Origin: Paraspadella gotoi | Lineage: Eukaryota; Animalia; Chaetognatha | Direction of reading: 5' to 3' | DNA: 64,000 bases | NCBI GenBank assembly: GCA_051294375.1 | Contig: CM119269.1 | Coordinates: forward strand, 3,522,690-3,586,689 | In this document: positions 14,401-26,804 of the stretch, piece after piece | Numbering within the stretch: position 1 is the first letter of the stretch | How the letters are laid out: every line of letters starts with the position of its first letter | The notes under the pieces: generated by a model | Database searches by the model: none | What the model was told of the DNA's origin: nothing | The model's input: only the letters and a program-made list of their open reading frames with translations | Translations under genes and position numbers: made by a program

Positions 14401-15509
14401 ATTTGAAGTACTAATACCTGATTAATCTTTTTTAAATAAAAAAATTTAATTTTTACGTATACATTCAATAATGAAAAATTCGTTAAAAAAGTTTGGGAGA
14501 GCGTCTCCAAATTAAAGCCTTATGTTTGATAGATAATGCACCAGATACTATAAAACATTCAGAATTGTAAGCACACAGACAAAAACTACATAAATAAATA
14601 TTTTTCAAAATCTGTGTTTCAAGATTTAAACAATTACATAGCTCCTAACAAAAGTTAAAAAAACTAATACCTATCTTACGCCCAATAGAAAGCGCCAAGG
14701 TTTACCAAGAGGATTTAGTCTGTTCTTTATACCTTATATTTACATTATTTTCAAAGTTATAACAGGCGAAAATAAAAAAAAATGGTTGCACTTAACAAAT
14801 GCCGAGAATTCGCGTTTTTAAACATTCAATAATTTGCGAACAAAGTATTTTTTGATTTTTAAAAAATAAAGCTATATGCTTAAAAATGACAGTATTTTTT
14901 TCCGCTCTTTAAATTGACGCAGAGTTAAATTTAAATTCCGACTGATATTTTCTAAGATATCTACATTTTATAAATTGAAAAACGCGGGTTTTTTTTTGCC
15001 AAAATTTTTGAAGAGTTTGCAAGCAACTTATTGATCGATTTTTTCAAAAAAACAAAGATTAGAAAAAATAGTAGCATAATTAACGCGACTTAATTTGCTA
15101 CTTCATAGCTGCCTAAAATTCTGTAAAAAAACTTTATAAATTTGCCTAAGGCCTAATTGAATAATGCCTAACGTTGTCAAGAAATAGATGCCCAATTTCG
15201 TGAGGGAGTTAAAACAAAAATCTATAGCAACGAAGAGTTTGGCCTAGGAGAAAGAAATGAGAGAAAGGAAGGACGCCACTTGCTTTCGATCAGGTCAATG
15301 GTGCAGCAGTGTGAACCGCCAATGTCGGTTGAAGCATTGCCTGACTCCGTTTTGCAATTCGGTCGTCGTCGTCGTCCGTTCGTTCGTTTCCACGATGTTG
15401 GCAATTCCCGACGAAAAAAAGGAAGCAACCATCTGTTGAGTGTGAGATGATTAAAAAGAAAGAAAGGAAGCAACGACTCTAAAGACAAGAGGAGGATGAG
15501 AGAGGAGAC

Positions 15510-15541
<32 letters not shown>

Positions 15542-15629
15542 AGATTCCGCGATGCAAAACGGTCGACCTCAAAGCTCTTTAAGCCTCAATGTGTTATGAC
15601 GTCATTTATTTCAAATGACTACCAAATAT

Positions 15630-15690
<61 letters not shown>

Positions 15691-18600
15691 TCCTCTCTTC
15701 TCCTCCTCTCTCTCATTCTTTCTTCTCTCTCTCCTCTCCGTCTCCTCTCTCTCGCGTTCGCCTCTCCCAGACCGCCAAAATTCGTTTTTCCGATTCTTCT
15801 TCTTATAATTTTGTTTTACTCCCTCACAAATTGCATCTATTTCCTACAACGTACATTATTCATGTACATTCATGTACATTTCCATTATTCATAACATTNN
15901 NNNNNNNNNNNNNNNNNNNNNNNNNNNNNNNNNNNNNNNNNNNNNNNNNNNNNNNNNNNNNNNNNNNNNNNNNNNNNNNNNNNNNNNNNNNNNNNNNNNN
16001 NNNNNNNNNNNNNNNNNNNNNNNNNNCTCCTTTCCTCCCATCTCTTCTTTCTTTCCTCCTTTCCTCCCATCCCCTTCTTTCTTTCTTCCTTTCCTCCGTC
16101 GCCATTCCCATTACTCTTCCTGGCGCAAATTCGTCTTCGCGGTTTATGTGTCTTCATTCTCATTTGCATATTGGCGTCTCCGGCGTTCCTTCTTTTCTCT
16201 CCCCGCAGAAATCGTCTCGTCGGTTAATGAACCGAAAATCGCTTCGAGCGTCCGCCATGATGTAGGGGGGAGGAGGAGGAAGAGGAGGAGGAAGAGGAAG
16301 AGGATTGGTCAGCGCCCTCGTCCTTTATTGACACNNNNNNNNNNNNNNNNNNNNNNNNNNNNNNNNNNNNNNNNNNNNNNNNNNNNNNNNNNNNNNNNNN
16401 NNNNNNNNNNNNNNNNNNNNNNNNNNNNNNNNNNNNNNNNNNNNNNNNNNNNNNNNNNNNNNNNNNNNNNNNNNNNNNNNNNNNNNNNNNNNNNNNNNNN
16501 NNNNNNNNNNNNNNNNNNNNNNNNNNNNNNNNNNNNNNNNNNNNNNNNNNNNNNNNNNNNNNNNNNNNNNNNNNNNNNNNNNNNNNNNNNNNNNNNTCCT
16601 CTTCCTCCACTTTGCTTCCCACTTGTACCTCGTTTTGCTATTCCTCCTCCTCCTCCTTCTCTTCCTCCTGACTCATTGTCGCTTCGAAATTCATCGCCGT
16701 CGACATCAGTGGCGCAGGATTTTTTTCGAATCTCTAAGGAAAAAAAGTCGGCAACGACGCAGATGGTCTTTGCCAGCAATCATTGCGAGATTGTGCTTGC
16801 CAGAAAACCCTACGGAATAAATTTTACCAGAACTCATAAAAAAGTCTTTGCCATGATTCATCGATTGATTAAAATGAAGTGGCCATAAAAATATAAAAAA
16901 ATGATTTTGCAAGCTATGTACTTTGAAGGGAGTTTAACTTCCTATTTAAAACAGCTGTTTGCCATAGATCAGATCATTAAGAAATTGTGTTTGCCAATCC
17001 TCATTAAATGATAAACATGAAAGCATCTGAAGGCAAAACAAACGAGGCCTCACAACTCGACGCCTTCGCTTAAAACTTCGTCTCTCATTCCGCCCACCTC
17101 ACTCACGATTACCTCGCATGAAGATTCAATCGCACCACCTCGCTTCACCCAACCCAACCCCACCCACATTTTTCCCGCCATAATTTCGGCGCCGCGATCC
17201 AAAAATTGCCCCTCAAAGTTTGAACAAAACATTCATTCTTTCCGCTTTTACACCCCGAAGGCGTGCTGAGTTTCGGCGTCTTGATTCTTGAAAATCAAAT
17301 TAACGCACGCTCTCTCTCTCTCTCCTCTCTCGTCTCTCTCATCTAGTCTCTCTCGTCATCTCTGCTCTCTTACCTCATCTCTCTCAATCTGCTCTCTCTC
17401 TATCTCTCCCTTCCTCTCTCCTTCTCTCGTCTCTCTCCTCCTCCTCTCTCCTCTCTTTGAATTTTCCAAAAGCGCGTTTAAATCTCCAATAGCAATTGAA
17501 TCATCTCCCCTTCATTTAAGTCCTTTGAAAATAACAACTTCTTGATTCCGAAATTTTCTTGGATCTGTTTTTTTTTCTTCCGCGCTCAGAATCTGAGATG
17601 AAGTTGAAGCGTCTCCTTTCCATTTCTTTGGTGCCGCTTCGCTCTTTTTCCATCGCGCTTCTCTCAATTCTCTTTTTGTCAACGCAAATATAGATTAAAG
17701 TGAAATCGTGACGAAACCTCGGATTCGCGTCAAAAGAAAAAAAAATGGGATAAGGAAAAATAAGAAAGAAAGAAAAGAATAAAGGAAAAAAAGAAAAAAA
17801 GGAAAAGATATGAATAGAAAAATAATATTGACAAAAAAAGAAAAATAAAAAAGATAAACCGACGGGGAAAGTTAATTCAAGAATTCTTCGCGGCGAAATT
17901 ATTTCTTCTCATATCTCGAAGATTCCTTCTCACCACGAATCCGTGAGGCTTCATTTTTCCTCTTTTATTTATCTTCTTGTTCTTTTGTTAATCGGAGGAA
18001 AGGAAGATGGATTTTGATGAACACGATCAGTCCATCCAATTTGTTGCGCCGCAGGGAAAAAAGGGAAACTTTCTCTCATGTGGCGCAAAGAAGGACGAAT
18101 TGACCGCGCGAGTTTCTCCGACGTCAACGGAAATGATAACGACAAAGACGACCGCCATAACGACGACGAGGCTTCACCCAAAATCTCTCGCTAACGTCGA
18201 CGCAATTCGACGTCGATTTCGAGGATGACAGTTATTGATTGCAGCAAATCATGGAATCGAACGACGACGACGACGACGACAAAAACCTCGCGCGCATTCG
18301 CAATCCATCGACGCTCGTTTATTAGTGACGCTTTTTTATTTCTTTTCCTTCGTACGCGGAATTACTTTGAGTCAAGGCGTAATTCTCTGTGGCTGTGAAT
18401 GGGAGTTTACCTCAAACCGTTCAATTGAATGCATTCTCAGTGAGTTGCCTGAGCGCTCACTAGTTGTTGGACATTATAAAACTACGACTAGAATTTGAGC
18501 CGCTTACGGATAACTTGAAAATTAATTTTTTTTTACCTCGCATATTTTTTTTTCCTTTCTTTTTTGGTTGCGCTCCCAAATTTCGCTTTAGCGCTCAAAT

Positions 18601-18900
18601 AAATTCCTTTGAGCGCTCGTCGAGTTCGTCCATGGCGCTCGGCCAAAAAAACGCAATTCGCTTTCCTGATTCGTTTTTCGCTTCAATCGTCAATCAACGG
18701 CGTCGCCTTTCTCCGGATCACGTGATCATTTTTTTTATCCTCCGGAATAAATGTGATCACCTGATACCCCGTTGGCGCAAACAAAAAAACGTCGACCACG
18801 TGATTCCGAGTGGGCGATGAAAAAAAAAGTCATCACGTGAATCGCCTTCTTCACGGAGGCTCAGTCACGTGAAATCCCCCCCCCCGCGCGCGCTGATATA
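8418..18900. repeat. ~10.5-kb imperfect inverted repeat (palindrome) centred near 13355
   Basis: 8418 tatatcagccgcgcg pairs with 18900 cgcgctgatata. Further paired blocks: 9200-9360 with 18030-18190, 10600-10720 with 16770-16890, 11800-11990 with 14790-14990, 13090-13150 with 13557-13632. The arms differ by many indels. Confidence 0.93.
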
Positions 18901-19453
18901 CGAAGCCCCGCGGTTTCCCTCGAGCGCGTCGCGTGTCACGTGACTGATAATCTCGCGCGGAGCGAAGAAATCTTTTCCGACTTCTTTTGTTGGAGTCACG
19001 AAGCCAACTTCATTATTTCCACGTTGGTTCTTCCCCTCGAGGGTGTGGTTGTCGTCGTCGTCGTCGTTCGCCTCATTGCTCCCGTCTCTTTGTCTTCTTC
19101 TCATCTCATTCTTCAGAATTCTTTACTAAGTTATTCGCTGCCTTCGTCATCCTTTTTTCCCATTCATACGCATATCTCTTTTCTCTCTCTTTGTTTCATT
19201 TTCGCCTTTGACTCCTTCTCGTTTTTCCTTTCTCATTTTGTCTGCATGTATCTAACATTAATTTGTCATCTGTAACATATACTTATTCCTCAAATCCTCC
19301 CTCACTGTTGGCCCCGAACCCTATCCCCGAACCCTATCCCCAAACCATTCACCAGTCCCCTCCTCGCTTTCCTTCCAAAGAGACCACCCACCTTTGCGTT
19401 CTTTTCGATAATTGATTACGAGGAGAGAGATGCATGGAAATCGAGTCAAGACT

Positions 19454-19502
19454 TGGGCATTGGGCATTGGGCATTGGGCATTGGGCTTTGGTTATTGGGC
19501 AT
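19454..19502 (+). repeat. (TGGGCAT)n heptamer array
   Basis: ttgggcattgggcattgggcattgggcattgggctt. Confidence 0.85.
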
Positions 19503-20123
19503 GAGCCGCTAATTCTGAGAATCTTGCTTGGCTACCGCTTTTGAAGGACATAGCCGAAAAGGAGCGGGCCCGAATGGAGTTGACTTGCCTGGAGTGGGAT
19601 TGGCTCAAGTGGACTGGATCGACTTGAAGACAAATTCGCGAGTGATCGAAAATCCATCTTCAATGCAAATGAGGATTTTGCGTGCGAATCCATTAAAAAT
19701 CCTCGAGCATTTTTCTCTTCTCCATCTTTGATGGTTTTCTACCAAATTTACTCGAGCCACCACCTTTGGTTTTCCTTCGTCATTCTGTCTATTTTTTTTT
19801 AAACCACCTTTTTTACGCTTTTGTTTTTGCGTGGAAGGTGATTCCTACCTTGCAACGCAGCCTGATATGTTTTACATCCTTTTTACATTCTTTTTAATAT
19901 TATTAAATCTTACATCATTCACCATCAGTATTTCGCCTACTCCTATCTTTACTTTACATATTATTTTTCCTCTCTTTCTCTTCCCTACCTTTTCTCTCTC
20001 TTTTCTTCTCCACCTTTGAACCCCGAAATCATTATTGGATATCGTAAGTCGTTGGCCGAAGATCAGAGTCCAGTTTGGGAATGAAGTCTCGAGAGTCTGA
20101 GACCGAGAGTCTGAGACCGATAA

Positions 20124-20228
<105 letters not shown>

Positions 20229-20704
20229 TTGAGAATTTCTTCCCCTCGCAACACGAGATTCCACTTTTACGACACAATAAACTTGTCAAAGGATTTTTAC
20301 TAAGAAATCCCGCTTAACACTTTCTTTACGCGCCGCTTTGCAACGTCAACACGGGCAGCAACAACAACAACAACAACGAGAAACCTAACTTTCGCTTTAT
20401 TTTCATATTTCGACCGACGTCTGTCGCTTTCGGTGTTGTGCGCTTTATTTTTAGCTTGTAGATTCACCGCTGCTTTTAAAACATCGCTTTTACGTATATG
20501 AAGACTTTTGAAATGAAACGACGGCTCAAACCTGATAGATAATAATCCAATATTCTTTATACGGCGAGTTCAGGGTTTAACGACACAATTACTTCATTAC
20601 GAATGAACTTTCGAACTCGCTGTAGCCCGAACTCGCTGTATACTATTTCCCATCGACTCGACAATGAAGCCAACTTCCCCTCACCATTTCTCCTTACCTT
20701 CCAG

Positions 20705-20874
20705 CTTCGACGACTCGAGCTCCATCTCCAGCGGAATCTCGGACACGATTGCCGAGATCTCCACCGACGACCCAGAGACCAACGACAGCCTCGGATCAGA
20801 CCGGACCAACCCTTGCGGCAGCCTCAAGCGCGGAGCAGGCCGCGCCGCAGCCGCCGCAGCAGGAGCAGGTGGAG
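20705..20874 (+). CDS. NAV: Neuron navigator (NAV/unc-53/sickie family) internal exon, first recognisable in window
   Basis: ccttccag acceptor and gtgagt donor. Encodes FDDSSSISSGISDTIAEISTDDPETNDSLGS, which matches the NAV-family motif DDSSSVSSGISDTIDNLSTDD (recalled, not searched). The upstream exon and CH-domain exons were not found in the window. Confidence 0.88.
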
Positions 20875-21167
20875 GTGAGTACAAAGACTGATATTTGATT
20901 ATACTAGTAGCGTTTGAAGTGCGTCTTAACTCAACTTTCACTGTGTATACCGTCCTAAAATATAGATTTCGAGAACCGGCAATGTTAGGTGACCAATGAC
21001 CATTCTTTTTTAAGAATTTTAACAGAGGGAAAATTGCGTTTTAAAAAATTCAAGTTTTTGAATGATTATTCAATTAATTAATTATTATAACTTATTAAAT
21101 CTAAGTCCTTAAAAAAATTTAATCTTTTTCTTTAAAAACTTTAAAAGTTTTTAAAAATTTAAAATCG

Positions 21168-21305
21168 TCACCCATCAATGTCAATAGTATTGAAGCATGA
21201 TTAATTAATTAATTTTTTCACCCATCAATGTCAATAGTATTGAAGTATGATTAATTAATTAATTAATTTTTTCACCCATCAATGTCAATAGTAGTAGCAT
21301 GATTG
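21168..21305 (+). repeat. ~50-bp tandem repeat (about 2.6 copies) in a NAV intron
   Basis: tcacccatcaatgtcaatagta at 21168, 21218 and 21272. Confidence 0.9.
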
Positions 21306-21353
21306 TTATTTGTTAATTTTCTTCGATTAATTCCCCCTCCTCTTAAATCCCAG

Positions 21354-21568
21354 CGCCTCCCCGAGATGGCGATTCGGTCGAAAAGAGACAAAACAGAGAA
21401 AACGAACAAAAGGCGTCGAGAAGAAAGAAAATGTCGTCGTCGACGTCGACGGTTGTCGCCGCCGCCGACGTCAACGCCAACCGGGGCGGCGGCGGCAAAG
21501 ACGCGAAGTTGAAGGAACAACAAAAGAGCATCGAGCGGAAAGACATGGAGGCGCGAAGAAATGAGCAG
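21354..21568 (+). CDS. NAV: NAV exon (APPRDGDSVEKRQ...EARRNEQ)
   Basis: tcccag acceptor and gtgagg donor. Phase 1 in and phase 0 out fit the neighbouring exons; the frame is open. Confidence 0.75.
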
Positions 21569-21656
21569 GTGAGGAAAAGCAAAAAAGGGATGAATGCGAG
21601 GGAACATCTTTTATTTACAACTTAAACATTCTCCTCTCCCTTTTTTCCCAACTCAG

Positions 21657-21906
21657 ACTTCCTCCCCCAAACATCCTCCCGCCACGCCACCTCGCTCATC
21701 TTCCATCGCCTCCCCACGCCACGGCGCCGCCTCGCCCGTATACGGCCTTCGGCGCCCTTCAGGCGTCGGCACCGTTCCCGGCGCCCATCCCGGCGCCAAC
21801 AAAATCGGCGTCGCCTCTAAGGGCGGCGTCGCTGGAAAACCGGCGTCGAAAATCGACAAGATCGATCATCTTATCGCCAACTCGGCAGCTGAGATTTTGG
21901 CACAGG
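21657..21906 (+). CDS. NAV: NAV exon (TSSPKHPPATPPRSSSIASP...GLRRPS...EILAQG)
   Basis: Polypyrimidine tract plus ctcag acceptor, gtgagt donor. Phases 0/1 fit; GC-rich relative to the flanking introns. Confidence 0.8.
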
Positions 21907-22064
21907 GTGAGTGCATGTTTGATGATGAATGTTTGAATGAAAGTCTGTTAGAATTATAAATTATTCAATTCACAAGCATAATCAGATTATATAAACAAAA
22001 TATTTTCACTCTTAACTCTTCCTTACGCCAGATGCTCTTTTTTTATATCCTCGTTTAACTACAG

Positions 22065-22180
22065 GCCAACAACAACAGAGGTCGGGATCAATGCCGCGTT
22101 CTTGCGGAGCCTCGAGTCCGGCCAACAAAATAGCAACGAGTTCCAATTACGCTCACATCGGTCCCGTTGGGACATACCAA
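22065..22180 (+). CDS. NAV: NAV exon (GQQQQRSGSMPRS...NYAHIGPVGTYQ)
   Basis: tacag acceptor and gtaaaa donor. Phases 1/0 fit; the frame is open. Confidence 0.75.
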
Positions 22181-22311
22181 GTAAAATTGGTTTTTATTCG
22201 CCTCGAAACTAATTATAAAATCTAACTAACATGCTATTTGTCAGTTGTAAGTTTGGAATTGAATACAATAAGTTTTTTATTTAATTTCTTTTTCCTTCTT
22301 TTTTCACTCAG

Positions 22312-22445
22312 AATTCTCTTGAGCGATGCGGTCGATCTCCCGGTGCCATCTCGTCGCCGCTCGTGACGTCGGCGTCCCTCCATTCACCTTCCGGAAGCGA
22401 GAGATGCGCCTCACCCATCAGCGTCATGAGCGACGACAGCGGAAG
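22312..22445 (+). CDS. NAV: NAV exon (NSLERCGRSPG...SVMSDDSGR)
   Basis: T-rich tract plus ctcag acceptor, gtaagg donor. Phases 0/2 fit. Confidence 0.8.
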
Positions 22446-22526
22446 GTAAGGCCTCGGAAGTCGGAGACGGTAGAATTCCCTTGGTAAGGTCGAGACTGAC
22501 GCCGACTTTTCCTCTTTTTCCTTCAG

Positions 22527-22681
22527 ATCAGCGTCGATGCTTTCTCGGCGGAAAACCGGCGCCGGAAGTCATTACATGGACTCGGCGTCGCTGAAGGAAA
22601 GAATCTACGCGAGGACGACGCCGTCGCCGGGAGCGCCGCCTGGGGATGGCACCTACGCCAGAGTTCACATCGGACACGACG
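22527..22681 (+). CDS. NAV: NAV exon (SASMLSRRK...SLKERIYAR...HIGHDG)
   Basis: cttcag acceptor after an 81-nt intron, gtgagg donor. Phases 2/1 fit. Confidence 0.8.
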
Positions 22682-22830
22682 GTGAGGGAGGGAAGGAATG
22701 AATCAATGAATGAATCAACTAAATGAGTTAATTTGCAAATGAATTTAGGAATGAAGGAATAAATAATTGATAGTATAAAATAATTACCTTATAAAATAAT
22801 AATAAATTATTTTAATTTTCGTGTCTCCAG

Positions 22831-23039
22831 GCGTCTCACGCACGTCTCCTTACTCCACGGTGACGATACAAGGCGGCGCCGGCCCGACCTCCGGCGCCAC
22901 GCCCCAGTTCTTTCGTGGCGGCGGCGCCGGGTGCTCCGGTGGCGTCGGCGGCGCTGGGTACGCCGAAGGAAACCAACGCCTCTCCGACGCAGAGTCAGTC
23001 GATTCAGTCGCGTCCTCGATTCACGAAAAGATTCAACAG
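22831..23039 (+). CDS. NAV: NAV exon (VSRTSPYS...LSDAESVDSVASSIHEKIQQ)
   Basis: ctccag acceptor and gtgagt donor, phases 1/0. Matches ORF 22821-23057. Confidence 0.83.
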
Positions 23040-23353
23040 GTGAGTTTGAACTTTTAACGTGCAGGACATTGAAGGCCTGTTCGAATACCTCTGTCTTTGT
23101 GCCAGTCTTTTTTATATATTTATTTATTTATGTATTTACTTGTCTGTTTGTATGACTCTGTCTGTCTGTCTCTCTGTCTGTCTGTCTGTCTGTCTGTCAT
23201 TCTGTCTGTCTGTCGGTGAGTTTTCTTTGTTTTTTTGTATCAAAATAAAAATGTTTTCGAACAATTTGCCCATCAATAATCAAAGAAAGGAAACATTCTG
23301 CATTTTAGCTACAATTTAATCAACCTCATCCCCCTCTTTTCACGCCGATCCAG

Positions 23354-23525
23354 GCCCGCGCCAATTCCATCCACTACGCCAAAGTTTCGGGCGTCGGCGG
23401 CGCGCCCTCTTCTCCCTATCGAGCGCCACTCGTCATCGAAGCGGACGGATCCTCGCCTCGCCTCCCGTCGAGGTCAAACTCTATTCGGTCCAACTCCTCG
23501 GAGCGATCCTCCGGGATATCGTCCG
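23354..23525 (+). CDS. NAV: NAV exon (ARANSIHYAK...RSNSIRSNSSERSSGISSG)
   Basis: tccag acceptor and gtaagg donor, phases 0/1. IQQARANS and RSNSIRS resemble motifs I recall from invertebrate sickie/NAV proteins. Confidence 0.83.
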
Positions 23526-23668
23526 GTAAGGATCGATTGTCTTATCAACTCATTTTTCATCTCTTTGGTTAAATCGAATGATTGGTTTTATAAATTGGAT
23601 AATAAGTAATTGAATGATTTACTTACTGATCGATCGATCGATTGATTGATTGTTCGTATCCACCTCAG

Positions 23669-23780
23669 GCCCTTACGCCTCCACCGCGTCCCTCCGCGGA
23701 CTCGGAGATTCCTTCGCCTCTCAGATGCGCGGCTACGAATCCGCGGGCGAAGAAATGTTGTTGTCGTCGTCGGCCAACAG
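23669..23780 (+). CDS. NAV: NAV exon (PYASTASLRGLGDSFASQMRGY...SANR)
   Basis: cctcag acceptor and gtgcgc donor. Phases 1/2 fit. Confidence 0.75.
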
Positions 23781-24019
23781 GTGCGCTGCCGTCGACCTTC
23801 TTCCTGATACATTTCTAGACTTTAGATTCAAAAAAATGATAAATTATTAATTAAACAGGCTAAACTAATAATTTTTTTTTAAAAATGGAGTAATTTACAT
23901 CTATATTTAATAAAGTAAAACTTTGTTAATCTCTCAAACAACGAAAAAAGAAAGGATAATTACCATGAACATTGTTCATTGAACATCTATATTTAAATAA
24001 AAATATTTTTAATCCTCAG

Positions 24020-24235
24020 GATGACGACTTCCGCCCATTCGCTTCTGTCCTCGCCACCTTCCCATCCCACCTCGCCCACCCCGTCCGTGGACACCTCGCT
24101 CTCCCACCCTCCCGTCCACCATCCTTGCCCCACCGCCCCGCTCCATCAACCCCCCTCCACCGCTCCCGTCAACGGGAGATTCAACTTCAACGGTTCTCCC
24201 CACTCGCGGGGTCGTTGGTTCGATCCTCCTCTCAG
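24020..24235 (+). CDS. NAV: NAV exon (MTTSAHSLLSSPPSHPTSPTPS...RFNFNGSP); 3' end frame ambiguous
   Basis: cctcag acceptor (phase 2) and gtattt donor at 24236. The exit phase conflicts with the best downstream acceptor (see findings). Confidence 0.7.
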
Positions 24236-24603
24236 GTATTTGGGGGGGGAGAATAGAGGATTAGGGTGGGGGTTAAAGGGGGGGCGGGGACGGAGAGTGG
24301 ACAGTATGGAACAAGAAACAAGAAAAAAAAGAAACTGCAAAAAAAAGAAGAAGAAAAAGAAACAAAAAAAAAGAAACGAATAAAAATGAAATCGGAAAAA
24401 ATATTTTCGCTTCTGGATTCGCTTTATATAATTGAACCAATCCTCCTCTTTCATTGGTACCAGACTTTTTTATCTTTTCGCTAAAACTACTACAATGTCA
24501 ATGCAATATAATATATATATAATATATAATTAATGTTATGTCAAAAAAAATTAACGTTATTTATTCAATCGTCTGACTTTTTCCATCTTTGCCCTGGATT
24601 CAG

Positions 24604-24750
24604 GCGTCATCGACCCACAGCGGTCCTCGACCCGTGAGCGCCAAGAGCCTCTTGCCCGGAATCCTCGCCGAGCACGACAGCGAGAGCGTGGAGGACTTCA
24701 GAGGATCCGCCCTCTCACTAGCCTCCAATGCTTCGTCCTCTTACCTCTCG
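24604..24750 (+). CDS. NAV: NAV exon (ASSTHSGPRPV...EDFRGSALSLASNASSSYLS); alternative start at 24621
   Basis: ttcag acceptor at 24603 or cacag at 24620, gtatga donor. GSALSLASNASSSYLS resembles the NAV motif GSSLSLVSSTSSVYS. Confidence 0.85.
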
Positions 24751-24926
24751 GTATGAGTGATTTTTTTGATTTATTGATTTATTGTGATTAAAACATTGAA
24801 TTTAAAAATTCTGGTAATAGAAAAAAAGTTTGAATTCGCACAAAAATTCTTCATTAACAATAATTGATAATTAATTAATAATTAATTAATTAATAATTAA
24901 CAATAATTCTTCATTAACAATAACAG

Positions 24927-25025
24927 CGAGAAGAAAAGCAACAGTACGAGATTGTGAAACTGCGTCGGGAGCTCGACTCAGCTCAAGAGAAAGTGTTGAC
25001 TCTCACCTCTCAACTCTCTACTAAC
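24927..25025 (+). CDS. NAV: NAV coiled-coil exon (REEKQQYEIVKLRRELDSAQEKVLTLTSQLSTN)
   Basis: aacag acceptor and gtgagt donor, phase 0/0. Close match to the NAV coiled coil EEK..SEIRKLRRELDASQEKVSALTTQLTAN. Confidence 0.92.
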
Positions 25026-25597
25026 GTGAGTTCATTTTCTTTTTAACTTTTTATATTTTTTCGATGTATATTTTAAGAAATCGTCTTGCATACTTTACTG
25101 AAGAGAGTCGATGGGCAGCACGGGGTCTTTTGTTTTTAAATGGAAAAGATCTATAAGCGAACGCTACGAAGCGCCATTGGTTTCACATGGTCTTCACAAA
25201 ACAAAAGTCAAGAATAAGTAAAATCAGAAATTTTATTTACTTAATTTATTTTCCTTTCTTGTCTTCCTTTTTTTTCTACACTATTAAATATATATCAAAA
25301 CAGTTATGTTGCATATTTTTCTATTTTTGGTACAATTTTTATAATTACTACTTTTACTTTAAATAAAACATGAACACCGATTCCTTCTAAAAGATCACAA
25401 TATGACGTCGGCTCTCGTAACACAGACCAATTCAAACGATATTTTTTAGCCAATTCAAAAGATGTTAACTATTAAGATTGCTATGGCTGAAATTAATAAA
25501 GGGATAGCATGTGACTTCTCTTTAAAAGGAGGAGGATTTTTGTTTTTCATTTGAATTTATGCTTTGAAATCTCCACCCTTAAGCTGTATGGTTTTAA

Positions 25598-25850
25598 TAT
25601 TCTTTCTTTTTTATTTCCTTTTTATTTTTTATTTTTTCTTTTTCTTTTTCTTTTTCTTTTTCTTTTTCTTTTTCTTTTTCTTTTTTCTTTTTTCTTTTTT
25701 CTTTTTTCTTTTTTCTTTTTTTTTTCTTTTTTTTTATATTTTCTTCTTTTCTTCTTTTATTCTTTTCTTCTTTTCTTTTTTTCTTCTTTTCTTTTTTTCC
25801 TTTTTTCTTTTTTTCTTTTTTTCTTTCTTTCTTTCTGTCTTTCTTTCTCC
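25598..25850 (+). repeat. T-rich (TTTTTC)n polypyrimidine tract
   Basis: Seen directly. Confidence 0.9.
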
Positions 25851-26065
25851 TTTAGTAGCTTTCTTCTCTCCCGAAACGTGACGTTGCTTTGGTAAAACCT
25901 TAAATATATATAGTTTTATATACCCTTTAGATACATGTCAATAATGTATCAGAATTCAATGCGACAGAACCCGCTGCGGAAGAAATTATTTTATCCAAAA
26001 GACATTTTTTAGATTAGATTTTACGAGAATAAAATCCTCATTTTTTTCTCATATTTTCCCTGATT

Positions 26066-26216
<151 letters not shown>

Positions 26217-26804
26217 CCCAACACGAAACTTTTTTCATTTTTTTTTAAATTCGGGACAAAATGGAAGAATCTAGGATTTTGAGCTTAATAAGTCACGCGA
26301 ACTGAAAATCGGGTTCAAACATTGGGCCCTTATTCGGTAACGTTGACGCTTGCTAAATTTCGATTCACACTTCTCAGGAAGGCTGACACGATATATTTTA
26401 CTCGGGTCTATTTACAACTTTACATTCAGAGAAAAATTACAATTTATCTTGTTTTACGAGCTTACGAATACCTCCCAAAGGCGACATCAGCGGCGCTTTT
26501 TTTATTTTTTTCGAGATTTTTCTTCCGATGCGTCATTTATAGGGTAACTTTGGGTGACTGTCTGCTATATGAGTAAAATTTGTATTCTAGGATGTTTGAT
26601 CAAGTTTTTTTTATGTGTATTACAATTTCTTGCCAAATAACTTAGCGGTGAAGTGCGATTAGTAGAGATATTTATTCAAATTGGGTTTAATTGTTCTTAA
26701 ATAAGCACTGAAAAATTAACAATAAAACCCTGGAAATATTTTTGAAAAAAAAAAGTGGGAATAATCCGCTCAGAAAAAAAAAATTAAAAAATAAACGAAA
26801 ACAT

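Noticed and set aside
19390-19731. Exon-like patch upstream of the first NAV exon
   Set aside because: No frame on either strand combines good splice sites with recognisable protein, and none supplies the phase-2 donor needed for 20705.
21168-21305. CRISPR-like repeat appearance of short tandem repeats (also 49990-50122, 53520-53600)
   Set aside because: No unique spacers, no cas genes, eukaryotic context; ordinary minisatellites.
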